Source: Clostridiales bacterium
GTDB taxonomy: Bacteria; Bacillota; Clostridia; Acetivibrionales; RGIG10202
Assembly (NCBI GenBank): GCA_017961515.1
Contig: JAGCXC010000092.1
Location: 15,626 to 79,625, forward strand
Direction of reading: 5' to 3'
Length of the DNA stretch: 64,000 bases
Translations under genes and position numbers: made by a program
Notes under the pieces: model-generated
Database searches by the model: none
Told to the model about the DNA's origin: nothing
The model's input: the letters and a program-made list of their open reading frames with translations, nothing else
Part shown: positions 52,698 through 62,596 of the stretch, piece by piece
How positions within the stretch are numbered: position 1 is the stretch's first letter
Layout of the letters: every line of letters begins with the position of its first letter

Positions 52698-53264
52698 ATG
52701 ATTTTTAGTACATTACTTTTAGTTATTTCTCTAAACATTGATTCTTTAGGTGCAGGGCTTGTATACGGCATGCAAAGAAAATACATCCCTCGAATATATC
52801 AATACGCAATTTGCATATTGTCTATTATATACTCAGGTGCATCTTTGCTAGTCGGTCATTTTATGTCAAATAATTTAAGTTACAACTTTGGAAAATATTT
52901 AGGCATATGTATTCTTTTTTGTATGGGAATATATTCGCTGTTTCGAGCATTCGATACAAAAAACAACTCTTCTACAACAAAACTTAGCGAATCTAATAAC
53001 GCTACTTTAAGTGAATCTTTGATATTAGGATTCGCATTGTCTCTCGATTCAATTGGCGCAGGAATAAGCTTTTGTTTACTTGGATGCGGTATTATGTTAC
53101 TTCCCTTCGCTATAGGATTAGGTCAACTGCTTTTCTTAAATTGGGGACTTTTAATTGGCAATAAAATAAACAATAAAGATCAACCTAAATTGATTAATTC
53201 TAAAATTATGTCATCCATACCAGGAATAATATTGATTATATTAGCCTTACTACGATTAAAGTAG
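52698..53264 (+). CDS. ytaF: sporulation membrane protein YtaF (DUF204/MntP-like)
   Basis: 188 aa. SLNIDSLGAGLVYG and a second half-repeat LSLDSIGAGISF. RBS AAGAGG. Confidence 0.65.
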   Translation: MIFSTLLLVISLNIDSLGAGLVYGMQRKYIPRIYQYAICILSIIYSGASLLVGHFMSNNLSYNFGKYLGICILFCMGIYSLFRAFDTKNNSSTTKLSESNNATLSESLILGFALSLDSIGAGISFCLLGCGIMLLPFAIGLGQLLFLNWGLLIGNKINNKDQPKLINSKIMSSIPGIILIILALLRLK

Positions 53265-53291
53265 TGGCTTCCTAAATGGGCCACTACTTTA
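53260..53291. terminator. hairpin between convergent genes (bidirectional terminator candidate)
   Basis: AGTAGTGGC-N11-GCCACTACT (9-bp perfect stem) followed by TTT. It overlaps the ytaF stop codon. Confidence 0.6.
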
Positions 53292-53300
53292 ATCTCTTAT

Positions 53301-54134
53301 CTAAACAAACGCACTTCTTATGCCATACAAAATTATACTAATTAAAAATGAACATAATGAACAAAATACCGCTATAGTAAGCATAGCTATCAAATACGAA
53401 TTACACAAGAAATATACATTTGCTACACTAGTCATGTCTATATTAAACAATCTAATTACTATGTTTGCCAAAACTATAAGTATGTACATAGTTCCTATAC
53501 CACTGGATGCACCTCTTAAATCCGCTTTACTCAAGGCCATATGCGATGATATAGACACGGCTAAATAGATAAATATCCAAAAGCTCACACTTCTTATGTT
53601 TTCCGCCGTAAACAAAACACTAAACAACTGTTCTATACTCTCTCTCAATAAAATCACTGCATCTAATGATATTTCACTTGGCCAACTAAATGATCTTACG
53701 GTAGTAATCATTTGATTGCACTCATTGGGTAATAACAAAGCCATAAGCAACATTATAACACCCGTACCACTTAATATAGGAGCTATCCCTATAAAAAAAT
53801 TACCTATCTTTTGGTATACGCTACGTTTGTCGTATGAGTGGTTAACGTAACCCAATACGCCACTTTGTATATCAGGATTAAACAGACGCACCTCTCTTAC
53901 CTTATGATGAAATACATAACATAACAAGGCATGTCCTAATTCATGTATTGGTGTACCTATCCAAGCAGTGATTAAAACACCTCCAAACCCTAATGCATAC
54001 TGCATATACTGGCATATCCAACTTTTTAGTATACCTAATACCAATCCTACCACCACTATGCTTCCTATTAGACTTAACAATATCATAGCACAATCTACCA
54101 AAAAATCTCCTACAAACATAACTATATCAAACAT
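53301..54134 (-). CDS. polytopic membrane HExxH zinc-metalloprotease-like protein
   Basis: Start set at ATG 54134, 7 nt after AAGGAG; the track start 54206 would overlap the upstream gene. The HELGH motif (IGTPIHELGHALLCYVFHH) sits at a TM boundary, with 6-7 TM helices. Confidence 0.6.
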   Translation of the reverse strand: MFDIVMFVGDFLVDCAMILLSLIGSIVVVGLVLGILKSWICQYMQYALGFGGVLITAWIGTPIHELGHALLCYVFHHKVREVRLFNPDIQSGVLGYVNHSYDKRSVYQKIGNFFIGIAPILSGTGVIMLLMALLLPNECNQMITTVRSFSWPSEISLDAVILLRESIEQLFSVLFTAENIRSVSFWIFIYLAVSISSHMALSKADLRGASSGIGTMYILIVLANIVIRLFNIDMTSVANVYFLCNSYLIAMLTIAVFCSLCSFLISIILYGIRSAFV

Positions 54135-54156
54135 AATATTTCTCCTTAATCTCTCA

Positions 54157-54777
54157 TTACATTCTAATTTGAGGCCTGTGCATTGCAAAAAATAAACAAA
54201 CCACACTTACTAACACTGCTGCGTATATAATATACGGCAAATATACACTTGCCGAATCGTTTTTCCCTATCTTATCTACTAAACAATATGTGCTAAAATG
54301 ATTTGTTTTAAACACGCAATACTTCTGTCCGTCTATAGTAGTAAGCTCACTTTCATACATCACATCATCTCCAGAGATTACTCTTAAAACTGCCAAATCC
54401 TCCTGGTCAAAATCATCCTGTACAGGAATCATCACTGTAATATATCCATCAGGCTGTATTGGCTTAGAGTCGCCATCTAGCAGATCTACAATATATGCGT
54501 CTAATTTCTCTACTTGACTACGTACAGCCTCATCTAGATCCTCTAGTATTGCAGAAAACTCGGCATCTTCCTCTGCATGTATACCTGGTATAATCTGTCT
54601 AATTGCCATAACAGCATTTTCAGGAACTATACCCGCTTCTGCATGAAACCTAACTCCTGTTTCTTCATCAACAAAATTGAATTCTCCATTTGCCGCTATA
54701 ACTGTCTGCATAAGTGTCAAGCAAACAATTGCACACATTAACATTAAAATCATCTGCTTGAATTTTCTCTTGAACAT
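54157..54777 (-). CDS. hypothetical exported protein with a C-terminal membrane anchor
   Basis: 206 aa. RBS AGGGAGGA. Signal peptide ...LMQTVIAANG, an acidic middle, and a C-terminal TM YIIYAAVLVSVVCLFFAM. Confidence 0.55.
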   Translation of the reverse strand: MFKRKFKQMILMLMCAIVCLTLMQTVIAANGEFNFVDEETGVRFHAEAGIVPENAVMAIRQIIPGIHAEEDAEFSAILEDLDEAVRSQVEKLDAYIVDLLDGDSKPIQPDGYITVMIPVQDDFDQEDLAVLRVISGDDVMYESELTTIDGQKYCVFKTNHFSTYCLVDKIGKNDSASVYLPYIIYAAVLVSVVCLFFAMHRPQIRM

Positions 54778-54874
54778 GTGTGAATCCTCCCTTTGTAAAA
54801 ATTTATTTGCACAACTAAAATTTTACACATATCACCTACGTTAAATATTATCATATTTTGCACACATATACAAC

Positions 54875-56791
54875 CTAATTTTCGTTAACTTTAGTAAGAA
54901 CCTCTTCCCATTCTGTATATGTCGCATCCAATATTTTTCGTAGTTCTTGTTCCTTATCACTTAGTTTTTGAAGGCTTATATAATCTGACATAATATCAGG
55001 ATTTCCCATCTCTTGTTCTACTTCACAAATCTGTTGTTCAATCTCCTCTATCTTTTTCTCACACTCTTGTATTTTTCTTGTTAACTTTTGTTTAAGACGT
55101 TTTTCTTCTTTTGCCATATTGTAGTCCTCTTTCGCCTTTGACACTTTAGACACCGATTTATCCTCTACACTAAGTGACAAATTGTTCTTATATTCCTTAT
55201 AAAAAGAATAATTTCCCGAAACATCTATTACACCATTTTTAGTTAGTTCTATTACCCTTGTCGCAAGCTTATCTATAAAATATCTATCATGTGATACAAT
55301 AAAAAGCGTTCCATCGTAGTTTAAAAGTACTTTTTCTAACACTTCTTTCGAATTTATATCTAAGTGATTTGTAGGCTCATCCAATAACAAAAAATTTGCC
55401 CCATTCAACATAATCTTACACAACACAACTCTACCTTTTTCTCCCCCACTTAAACTTGCAATATCTCTTTTTACGCTATCACCCTTGAATAAAAAACTTG
55501 CCAGTGCATTTCTTATTTCAGTTTCAGAGAACCCTTCAGTATCGTACAACACCTCTTTGTATACCGTATTCGTATCATTAAGTCCCTCAAGCTCTTGCGA
55601 ATAATAGTCAACATCCACATTAGTTCCAATATTTATATCTCCTGATAACGGACTAACCTTGCCCAATATTATTTTAAACAATGTCGACTTACCTATGCCA
55701 TTCTCTCCTAAAAGAAATACACGCTCACCACGAATTATATCAAACGCTACCTCCCTAAACAAATCCACACCCGGATATGCCATACTAACATTATGCACAC
55801 TAAGTACTCTAGTACCACTAGTTCTCTTTGGTTTAAAACTAAAACCTACACTATCAGGTAGCCTGGATGGTTTATCTATTTTGACCATGCGATCTATAAC
55901 CTTTTGTCTACTTTCGGCCGCAACTATATTACGCTGTCTATTCCACTGCTTCTGTTGCCTAATAAACGCCTCCATCTTGGCTATCTCTTTTTGTTGATTA
56001 TCATGTTGTCTTTGTTGTATATCTCTATCTATTTCCTTCTTAGCTGCGTACGCACTATAATTCCCATCATATGTTATCACTGTAGAATTTTCTATCTCCA
56101 TTATCTTATTGACTGTCTGATCTAAGAAAAATCTATCGTGAGATATTAATATTATACATCCATTGTAACTATTTATGAAACGCTCAAGCCACTCTACTGA
56201 TTCTATATCTAGGTGGTTTGTCGGCTCATCTAACAGCAATATCCGAGGCTCTTGGTTTAACAATTTAGCAAGTCTTAACCTCGTTTTCTGTCCTCCACTT
56301 AATAGACTTACTTTTTTACTAAAATCATTTTCGCTAAAACCTAGCCCCTTTAGTATACCCTTAGCTCTACTAAAATACTCATAACCACCATCATCTTTAA
56401 ATTGATTACTAACACTTGCATGTTTTTTTATTAAAGCATGTAATTTATCTTCATTTTTCTCAATCAACATTTCTTGCTCTAATTCCGAAAGCTTTCTCTC
56501 CATACTTATTAAATCTGCAAAACTTTCTAACACTTCCTCCAAAATAGTCTTCGAAGAATCCGATACAATTATCTGATCTAGATGCAATATACTCGTATTA
56601 GAAGCTACATCTATCTTTCCTAAGTCCGGTACGTAATCCCCCACAATCAACTTAAATAATGTAGTCTTCCCTGCACCATTTACTCCAACTAACCCCACTT
56701 TATCTCTATCACCTATCGCAAAACTTGTATTATTTAATATATATCTATCTCCAAATGAGAAACTAACATCAGTTGCTCTTATTGATATCAC
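54875..56791 (-). CDS. ABC-F family ATPase (two ABC domains, C-terminal coiled coil; Uup/YdiF-like)
   Basis: Start set at GTG 56791, after AGAGGTGG, giving (M)ISIRATDVSF. Two Walker A motifs (GVNGAGKTT, GENGIGKST), two LSGG signatures and an inter-domain linker. Confidence 0.88.
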   Translation of the reverse strand: MISIRATDVSFSFGDRYILNNTSFAIGDRDKVGLVGVNGAGKTTLFKLIVGDYVPDLGKIDVASNTSILHLDQIIVSDSSKTILEEVLESFADLISMERKLSELEQEMLIEKNEDKLHALIKKHASVSNQFKDDGGYEYFSRAKGILKGLGFSENDFSKKVSLLSGGQKTRLRLAKLLNQEPRILLLDEPTNHLDIESVEWLERFINSYNGCIILISHDRFFLDQTVNKIMEIENSTVITYDGNYSAYAAKKEIDRDIQQRQHDNQQKEIAKMEAFIRQQKQWNRQRNIVAAESRQKVIDRMVKIDKPSRLPDSVGFSFKPKRTSGTRVLSVHNVSMAYPGVDLFREVAFDIIRGERVFLLGENGIGKSTLFKIILGKVSPLSGDINIGTNVDVDYYSQELEGLNDTNTVYKEVLYDTEGFSETEIRNALASFLFKGDSVKRDIASLSGGEKGRVVLCKIMLNGANFLLLDEPTNHLDINSKEVLEKVLLNYDGTLFIVSHDRYFIDKLATRVIELTKNGVIDVSGNYSFYKEYKNNLSLSVEDKSVSKVSKAKEDYNMAKEEKRLKQKLTRKIQECEKKIEEIEQQICEVEQEMGNPDIMSDYISLQKLSDKEQELRKILDATYTEWEEVLTKVNEN

Positions 56792-56863
56792 TACCCGCCA
56801 CCTCTTTCTTGGTCGAAACTCTGACATCAATAATATTACAATTATTAAACAAAGTCAAATTTA

Positions 56864-59800
56864 CTAAAAACCTAGTTGCGACATTAAATAACTCTTTTCT
56901 GTCTTTTTGTTTTGTGTATATTTTACCGGTACATATAAATGTATTGTTGCTTCTCCTGTATTGGCAACATCCTCCTCTGTTGCAATCTCTAAATATTGTA
57001 TTGTTTTTCCATTTTGTTTCGCTTTCACTTCTTTTACCAACATAACAGGAACTTCCATAATATCTCTATAACTTCTAGATACCACCGTGCTATCATTTTT
57101 TACTTTTGTAGCATTCCCTGAGTAATACCCATGATCAGTTATAACTAAATTCCGGCATTCACTCGTTTGATTATATTCATCACTTGATATATATTCTCCT
57201 ACACTGGCTTTACCCACTACCCCATTTGAACCAAACGCCATTTTAGTCCCTGCTAATGCCATAGCAACAGACTCTTCATTTTGATTAAACTTTACCTCTA
57301 TCTCCCTTGTTATAGTTCCTACTTTACTATCTACGTCCTTATAAGTCTTTATATTATCTCCTGATTTTTTCAATTTTACATTAGTTGTACCGGGTATACC
57401 TATATTACGAATAAGCTTTATGCCCACTAGCTTATCGTCTTTTTGTGAACTTACATCATATTCGTATACATATTCATAATTTATACCAAGTTTACTAAGT
57501 ATTGTACTTCCGCTACTGTCATATGCTCCAAACAAATCCACTAAGTATACATTTCTCTCTTCTGTATCATAATTTACATCATCACTTAAATCTGTTCCAT
57601 TGTTCTTTGATACACGCTCATCTTTGGTTTTTACTGCTATAAGCTTTTTAGTATCTTTAATAATTCCATTAAAAGTGCTATTTGTTGAATCAATTAAAAT
57701 TTCAAACTCATCTCTTTCGCCTAGTTTTTCTAATGTTATCTTTTCAATTATAACATTCTCATCTTCTTTTGCTTTTACAAATTCCCTTAGATCTTTTATA
57801 CTGTTATTACTCTCTATTTCTTCTTCGTTTCCTTTTAATTTCAATTTAATTTTATATTTTCCAAGAAGCGATCCACTTATCTTTATAGATCCTATATTAT
57901 CATTTTCTACCTCCATGGTAGCTTCATTTCCAACTATATCATTACTTTCAGTATCAATATTTTCTACATCTTTATTATCTTCTCCATCACCACCCTCTGT
58001 CTTTGTAGTAGCCACTTTATTCCGTAAATCTAAAACCTCGGAATCTCCTTTTATAAATTTTCCTGTATCTGCATCTACTCTAAAACATGACCATACATTC
58101 TCATGCGCTACTGCACCACTATTGTAGTTTATATCCTTATACAAAACTATACCATCAACGTTTTCAATACTTCGGCCCTTTGAATCTCTTTGCGTAGAAG
58201 CTCCGATTAATACTTTCATATCTTTATATTTTTCATAAAACTTAATTAATTTTTCAGTATCTTCAATTGTGTTATCATTGGTACTTTCTAATACTTTAGT
58301 CTCCTCTGCATTTAGTAAATCTGTCCTTATATTTTCAATCGGTCCTATTAATGTCTTAATTATTTTTCCTGTCGAATCATAAAATTTAGCAAAATATCTA
58401 CCCTTTATTGCTATAGACTGTGGATAATAATCTCCTAAACTAATTTTTTCCCCTAATTTATTAAACTCTTTAAAAGTTCCTACACCATTTGGCTTAATAT
58501 ATAATACAGCAAATGGATTATATTCTACTTTCGGCTCCACTACAAATGCCCTTGTATTATCTTCATATGTCCTTCTACATATAGCTTTATTGTCATCTTC
58601 TTTGCTCTCGGTATTCTCTTTACTCTTAGTACTATCTGTATCTTTTTCCTTCTCTATAACCACCTTATTATTCCCATCATCCTCTTCAGTCCAACTCGGA
58701 TCCAAATAGTACATATTCAAACTTTTCTCTAAATCCTCTACGACACACGGACCATCAATTACAATTCTCACGTCTCCTTTATCACTATATATTTTACCAT
58801 TATTTTCTTCTGATAGAATACAATCTTTAACATTCGAGAATATAATCCTAGCATTAGGAGCCACTTCTAAGGATTTTATCTTTTCTATATTTGCATATTC
58901 TCTATCATATACCTCTCCTCTATAAAACTTCATATAATTTCCTGTGAAATTTTTCCCTGTATAAACAGTAACAGCTGTGTCCTCTGTAATTTGGGGCAAT
59001 TCATGCACTTTAACTACATCTTCGTATCTTGCAATATAACCTTTTTCTTTACCTTTTTTGTACTCAAATTTAATTTTTCTAAATTCGTTATCGTCGTAAA
59101 ACTTTACACACCCCTCATAAAAACTACTATCTGTTTTTTCATCTCCTGTTTCTTCTAATATGCTAGTTATACTCAAGCTTGAAAAATCATTAGTCCCGTG
59201 TGCTCCTTCTTCTCCTTTATCATGTAATCTCCAAAAATCTACTACACTTACAATCTTATTTTTTCCTCCTTTTATGCATATACGTTGCTCAGATGTTCCT
59301 TTCCCTGTATTCTCTTTTTCCCTTTTTAATCTGACTTCATAATTACCTACAATCATTATACTATTTACCATTGATCCAGTTTTAAACTCATCGCTTGAAA
59401 CTAATGTTGGGGTTCTCCCATCTTTTTTATATTTTTCAAAATTTTCCTGAAAAACTAATGGATCTATATAACAATATGCGCCTTTTCCCATTCCATCTCT
59501 TCCTTTTGAATCATCTGGCCCATTAATTACGTTATATACATCTCTCATTAGATAAACTCCATCTCTTAAAGCTACTCTTTTTACTCGTATCTTTTTCATA
59601 TTATATATTTTCACATTTTTTCTCTCATACGGATCCCCATCTACTTCATTTCCAGGTGTAGACCAACAATCTGTCTCATTATAGTCCCACATTTTACTGT
59701 ACATACTATTAACGTTATAATCATCAACTATATACCCATCTGTAACTGCCGAATTAATTGAATATTTTCCTTTTGGATCCTCATCATAATTCTTACCTAC

Positions 59801-60226
59801 TAGCCTTAATGGGCCCAATATCCTTGTTTCATTGGTTCCATCAATTAATATCGCTTCATATCCTGGTGCCAAATCAAAAACTACTATGTCTTTAGAATTA
59901 AGATTATCAGCAACTTCATTATTTTTTCCTATGTTAATATATTCATCTATGTATAACCAAGATTTATCTTTATATACTAATTTAAGGCCTGTGTTATTAG
60001 GCTCTTTCCTGCTTATAGTCCTATTTGGAATATTATATTTATCTTCTAAAAAATCTAAAGTTATATTATCTTCTGATGCCGGTATATTATTTTTTATAAC
60101 CCCATTCTCCAACCAATCTGCATAGGATATTGTTCTTTTGTACACTTTAAATCCAACAATACCCAATAGGATGGTACAAACCGTTACCATACACACTTTT
60201 GCCATATAAGAAGATTTTTTTACCAT
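56864..60226 (-). CDS. very large membrane-anchored/exported hypothetical protein
   Basis: Start set at ATG 60226, 8 nt after GGAG, giving MVKKSSYMAKVCMVTVCTILLGIVGFKVY, an N-terminal anchor. About 1120 aa, beta-rich, with acidic low-complexity linkers. No domain confidently recognised. Confidence 0.6.
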   Translation of the reverse strand: MVKKSSYMAKVCMVTVCTILLGIVGFKVYKRTISYADWLENGVIKNNIPASEDNITLDFLEDKYNIPNRTISRKEPNNTGLKLVYKDKSWLYIDEYINIGKNNEVADNLNSKDIVVFDLAPGYEAILIDGTNETRILGPLRLVGKNYDEDPKGKYSINSAVTDGYIVDDYNVNSMYSKMWDYNETDCWSTPGNEVDGDPYERKNVKIYNMKKIRVKRVALRDGVYLMRDVYNVINGPDDSKGRDGMGKGAYCYIDPLVFQENFEKYKKDGRTPTLVSSDEFKTGSMVNSIMIVGNYEVRLKREKENTGKGTSEQRICIKGGKNKIVSVVDFWRLHDKGEEGAHGTNDFSSLSITSILEETGDEKTDSSFYEGCVKFYDDNEFRKIKFEYKKGKEKGYIARYEDVVKVHELPQITEDTAVTVYTGKNFTGNYMKFYRGEVYDREYANIEKIKSLEVAPNARIIFSNVKDCILSEENNGKIYSDKGDVRIVIDGPCVVEDLEKSLNMYYLDPSWTEEDDGNNKVVIEKEKDTDSTKSKENTESKEDDNKAICRRTYEDNTRAFVVEPKVEYNPFAVLYIKPNGVGTFKEFNKLGEKISLGDYYPQSIAIKGRYFAKFYDSTGKIIKTLIGPIENIRTDLLNAEETKVLESTNDNTIEDTEKLIKFYEKYKDMKVLIGASTQRDSKGRSIENVDGIVLYKDINYNSGAVAHENVWSCFRVDADTGKFIKGDSEVLDLRNKVATTKTEGGDGEDNKDVENIDTESNDIVGNEATMEVENDNIGSIKISGSLLGKYKIKLKLKGNEEEIESNNSIKDLREFVKAKEDENVIIEKITLEKLGERDEFEILIDSTNSTFNGIIKDTKKLIAVKTKDERVSKNNGTDLSDDVNYDTEERNVYLVDLFGAYDSSGSTILSKLGINYEYVYEYDVSSQKDDKLVGIKLIRNIGIPGTTNVKLKKSGDNIKTYKDVDSKVGTITREIEVKFNQNEESVAMALAGTKMAFGSNGVVGKASVGEYISSDEYNQTSECRNLVITDHGYYSGNATKVKNDSTVVSRSYRDIMEVPVMLVKEVKAKQNGKTIQYLEIATEEDVANTGEATIHLYVPVKYTQNKKTEKSYLMSQLGF

Positions 60227-60382
60227 TGAATTCACTCCTTCAACATAAAGCGACTTATTGGTTTTACGTTATTATACACATTTATCAAGTAAATTATCGG
60301 TATTATTATTATTTTTTTTTACAATTAAAGGCTGACACACCCATTATACATTGAGCGTGTCACAGGATAGGTATTGATTTTT

Positions 60383-61015
60383 TTACTTTAACAACATCTT
60401 TTCACAAAGATCTCTTATACTACAATTACTACACTTCGGATTCCTTGCCTTACACACTGCTCTTCCATGCGAAACCATCAAATGGCAAAAAAGTAATTGA
60501 TCTTTAGGTTCTATTATGTTTTTTAAGTCGCACTCTATTTTTGTTGCACTCGTTTTATCTGTAAGCCCCAACTTAGTCGTAATTCGCATACAATGTGTAT
60601 CCACTACGACCGCACTTTCATTGTACACTTCACCAAGTATTAGATTTGCGGTCTTTCTACCTACTCCTGGCAATGTCAATAAATCTTCCATATTATCGGG
60701 CACTTTTGCGTCAAAATCACTAATCATCTTGTTGCATGCATCAATAATATTTCTAGCTTTATTTCTGTAAAACCCAGTTGGTTTTATATCAATCTCTAAC
60801 TCCTTAACATCTGCTTTTGCAAAATCATATATATCTTTGTATTTTCTAAATAACTCTTTTGTAACTATGTTCACACGTGCGTCTGTGCACTGCGCTGCAA
60901 GACAAGTTGCAACCAAAAGCTCAAGCGGCGTATTATACTCCAATGTACACTTAGCATCTCCATACTCTTTTGTCAATACTTTAAGTATCTCTTTAACTTT
61001 TTCTTTTCTTTTCAC
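60383..61015 (-). CDS. nth: endonuclease III
   Basis: 210 aa. HhH LTLPGVGRKTANLILGE, a catalytic Asp region, and the 4Fe-4S motif CKARNPKCSNCSIRDLC. Confidence 0.92.
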   Translation of the reverse strand: MKRKEKVKEILKVLTKEYGDAKCTLEYNTPLELLVATCLAAQCTDARVNIVTKELFRKYKDIYDFAKADVKELEIDIKPTGFYRNKARNIIDACNKMISDFDAKVPDNMEDLLTLPGVGRKTANLILGEVYNESAVVVDTHCMRITTKLGLTDKTSATKIECDLKNIIEPKDQLLFCHLMVSHGRAVCKARNPKCSNCSIRDLCEKMLLK

Positions 61016-61062
61016 TTTTCTAACTACCCTTCTCTATAATTCTTTTTTCCTTCTATTCTTGG

Positions 61063-62562
61063 CTAAATTAAATTGATACTTTCTCTAAAATCTTGATGTA
61101 ATTCATTATCCATCTGCCTACAATCAGAAAAATTTATAGGCTTACGAACATCTTCAGCAAAAAGCTTATATATACCTTTATAACTAGCCGTGGTCTTAGT
61201 CCAAGAAAAATTTTTCTTTAGCGCACGAACCACCATAGAATACCATTTATCTTTATCTTCATAGTCAACAATTGCACTAGCTAATGCCTCCATCATATTA
61301 GATTTCGAAAATCTTTCAAAAATATACCCATACCCTTTTTCATCTTTTCTTACATCTACTATGACATCTCTTAGGCTACCAACACCCGTTGCTACTGGAA
61401 CCACTCCATACCTTAACGCTATTAATTCATTTTTGCCACAAGGATTCATTCTATATGGTGCTAAAAATATGTCACTTGCTGCAAATATTTGTCTTATTAA
61501 TTCATCGTCTTCCCCTATTAACGCAAAAATCTGATATTTATATTTGGACATAGCAAACTTTATTGAATATTCATACACCGCAGTCCCCACACCCACTATC
61601 ACTAATTGCACATCGTTTTTTAATATATCATCCATAGACTCTAGCAATATCTCTACACCTTTTTCTTCCGTTAAAGGCGCAATAAACGCTATCATAGGCA
61701 CATCTTTTCGCGGAAGGTTTAGCTTATCCTGCAAAAAATATTTATTAGCAAGCTTCGACCTACAACTAATATAGTCATAATTCTTGTGTAAAACCTTGTC
61801 TGTCCTTGGATTAAATTCTCTCTGATCTATTCCATTTAGCACACCCAAAACATCGGCTCCTCTAGATCTTAGCACTCCATCTAATCCATTGCCATATGCT
61901 CTCTCCTTTATTTCTTGCGCATATGTTTCGCTTACCGTAGTTACAATATCTGAATATGTAATACCCATTTTTGCATAATTTAACATATTATAATACTCAG
62001 CCTTATCAAAACTAAATGCAGTATCGTTAACGCCCATCAATCTCAAAAATCCTTTGGAGCAAATTCCCTGACACGTTAAATCATGTATCGTGTACACTAA
62101 TGCTATTTTTTTATAAAATGCATCATCTCTCTTATTCTCATTAATTATCATACTAACAGGCGCTGTACTCCAGTCATTTAGATGTATTACACAAGGCCTA
62201 AAATCTATATGTTTTATCATCTTGACAACTGCATTTGAAAAAAATGCAAATCTCTCGCAATCATCCTCATATGCATACATAAAGTCTCTACCGAAATATT
62301 GATAATTTTCTACAAAATAAACCTCTACTCGGCCTATAAGAGTCTTCTTTATAATACATGTCTCCTGTCTATTAGCCATGTCAACACTAAAATCACACAC
62401 ATATTGCAATTTTTTTATATCGGCGTTCTTATACTTAGGCATTACTACCCTAACCTCAACATCCTGATTAGCCAAATGCCTAGTTAGATCATACGAAAAA
62501 TTAGCCATATCCTTTGTCCTAACAAAGGGATACATCTCTGATGTCACAAATAAAATTTTCAT
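61063..62562 (-). CDS. glycogen/starch synthase homologue (GT5 fold) with substituted catalytic motifs
   Basis: 499 aa. Retains HLNDW, TIHDLTCQG, TVSETYAQEI and GVLNGID. It has RTKDM in place of K(T/S)GGL, APLT in place of SRLT, NPCG in place of EPCG, and VGSL in place of TGGL. Confidence 0.75.
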   Translation of the reverse strand: MKILFVTSEMYPFVRTKDMANFSYDLTRHLANQDVEVRVVMPKYKNADIKKLQYVCDFSVDMANRQETCIIKKTLIGRVEVYFVENYQYFGRDFMYAYEDDCERFAFFSNAVVKMIKHIDFRPCVIHLNDWSTAPVSMIINENKRDDAFYKKIALVYTIHDLTCQGICSKGFLRLMGVNDTAFSFDKAEYYNMLNYAKMGITYSDIVTTVSETYAQEIKERAYGNGLDGVLRSRGADVLGVLNGIDQREFNPRTDKVLHKNYDYISCRSKLANKYFLQDKLNLPRKDVPMIAFIAPLTEEKGVEILLESMDDILKNDVQLVIVGVGTAVYEYSIKFAMSKYKYQIFALIGEDDELIRQIFAASDIFLAPYRMNPCGKNELIALRYGVVPVATGVGSLRDVIVDVRKDEKGYGYIFERFSKSNMMEALASAIVDYEDKDKWYSMVVRALKKNFSWTKTTASYKGIYKLFAEDVRKPINFSDCRQMDNELHQDFRESINLI

Positions 62563-62596
62563 GTCTTCCCCTTTCGATACTCCATTATCTAGTTAG

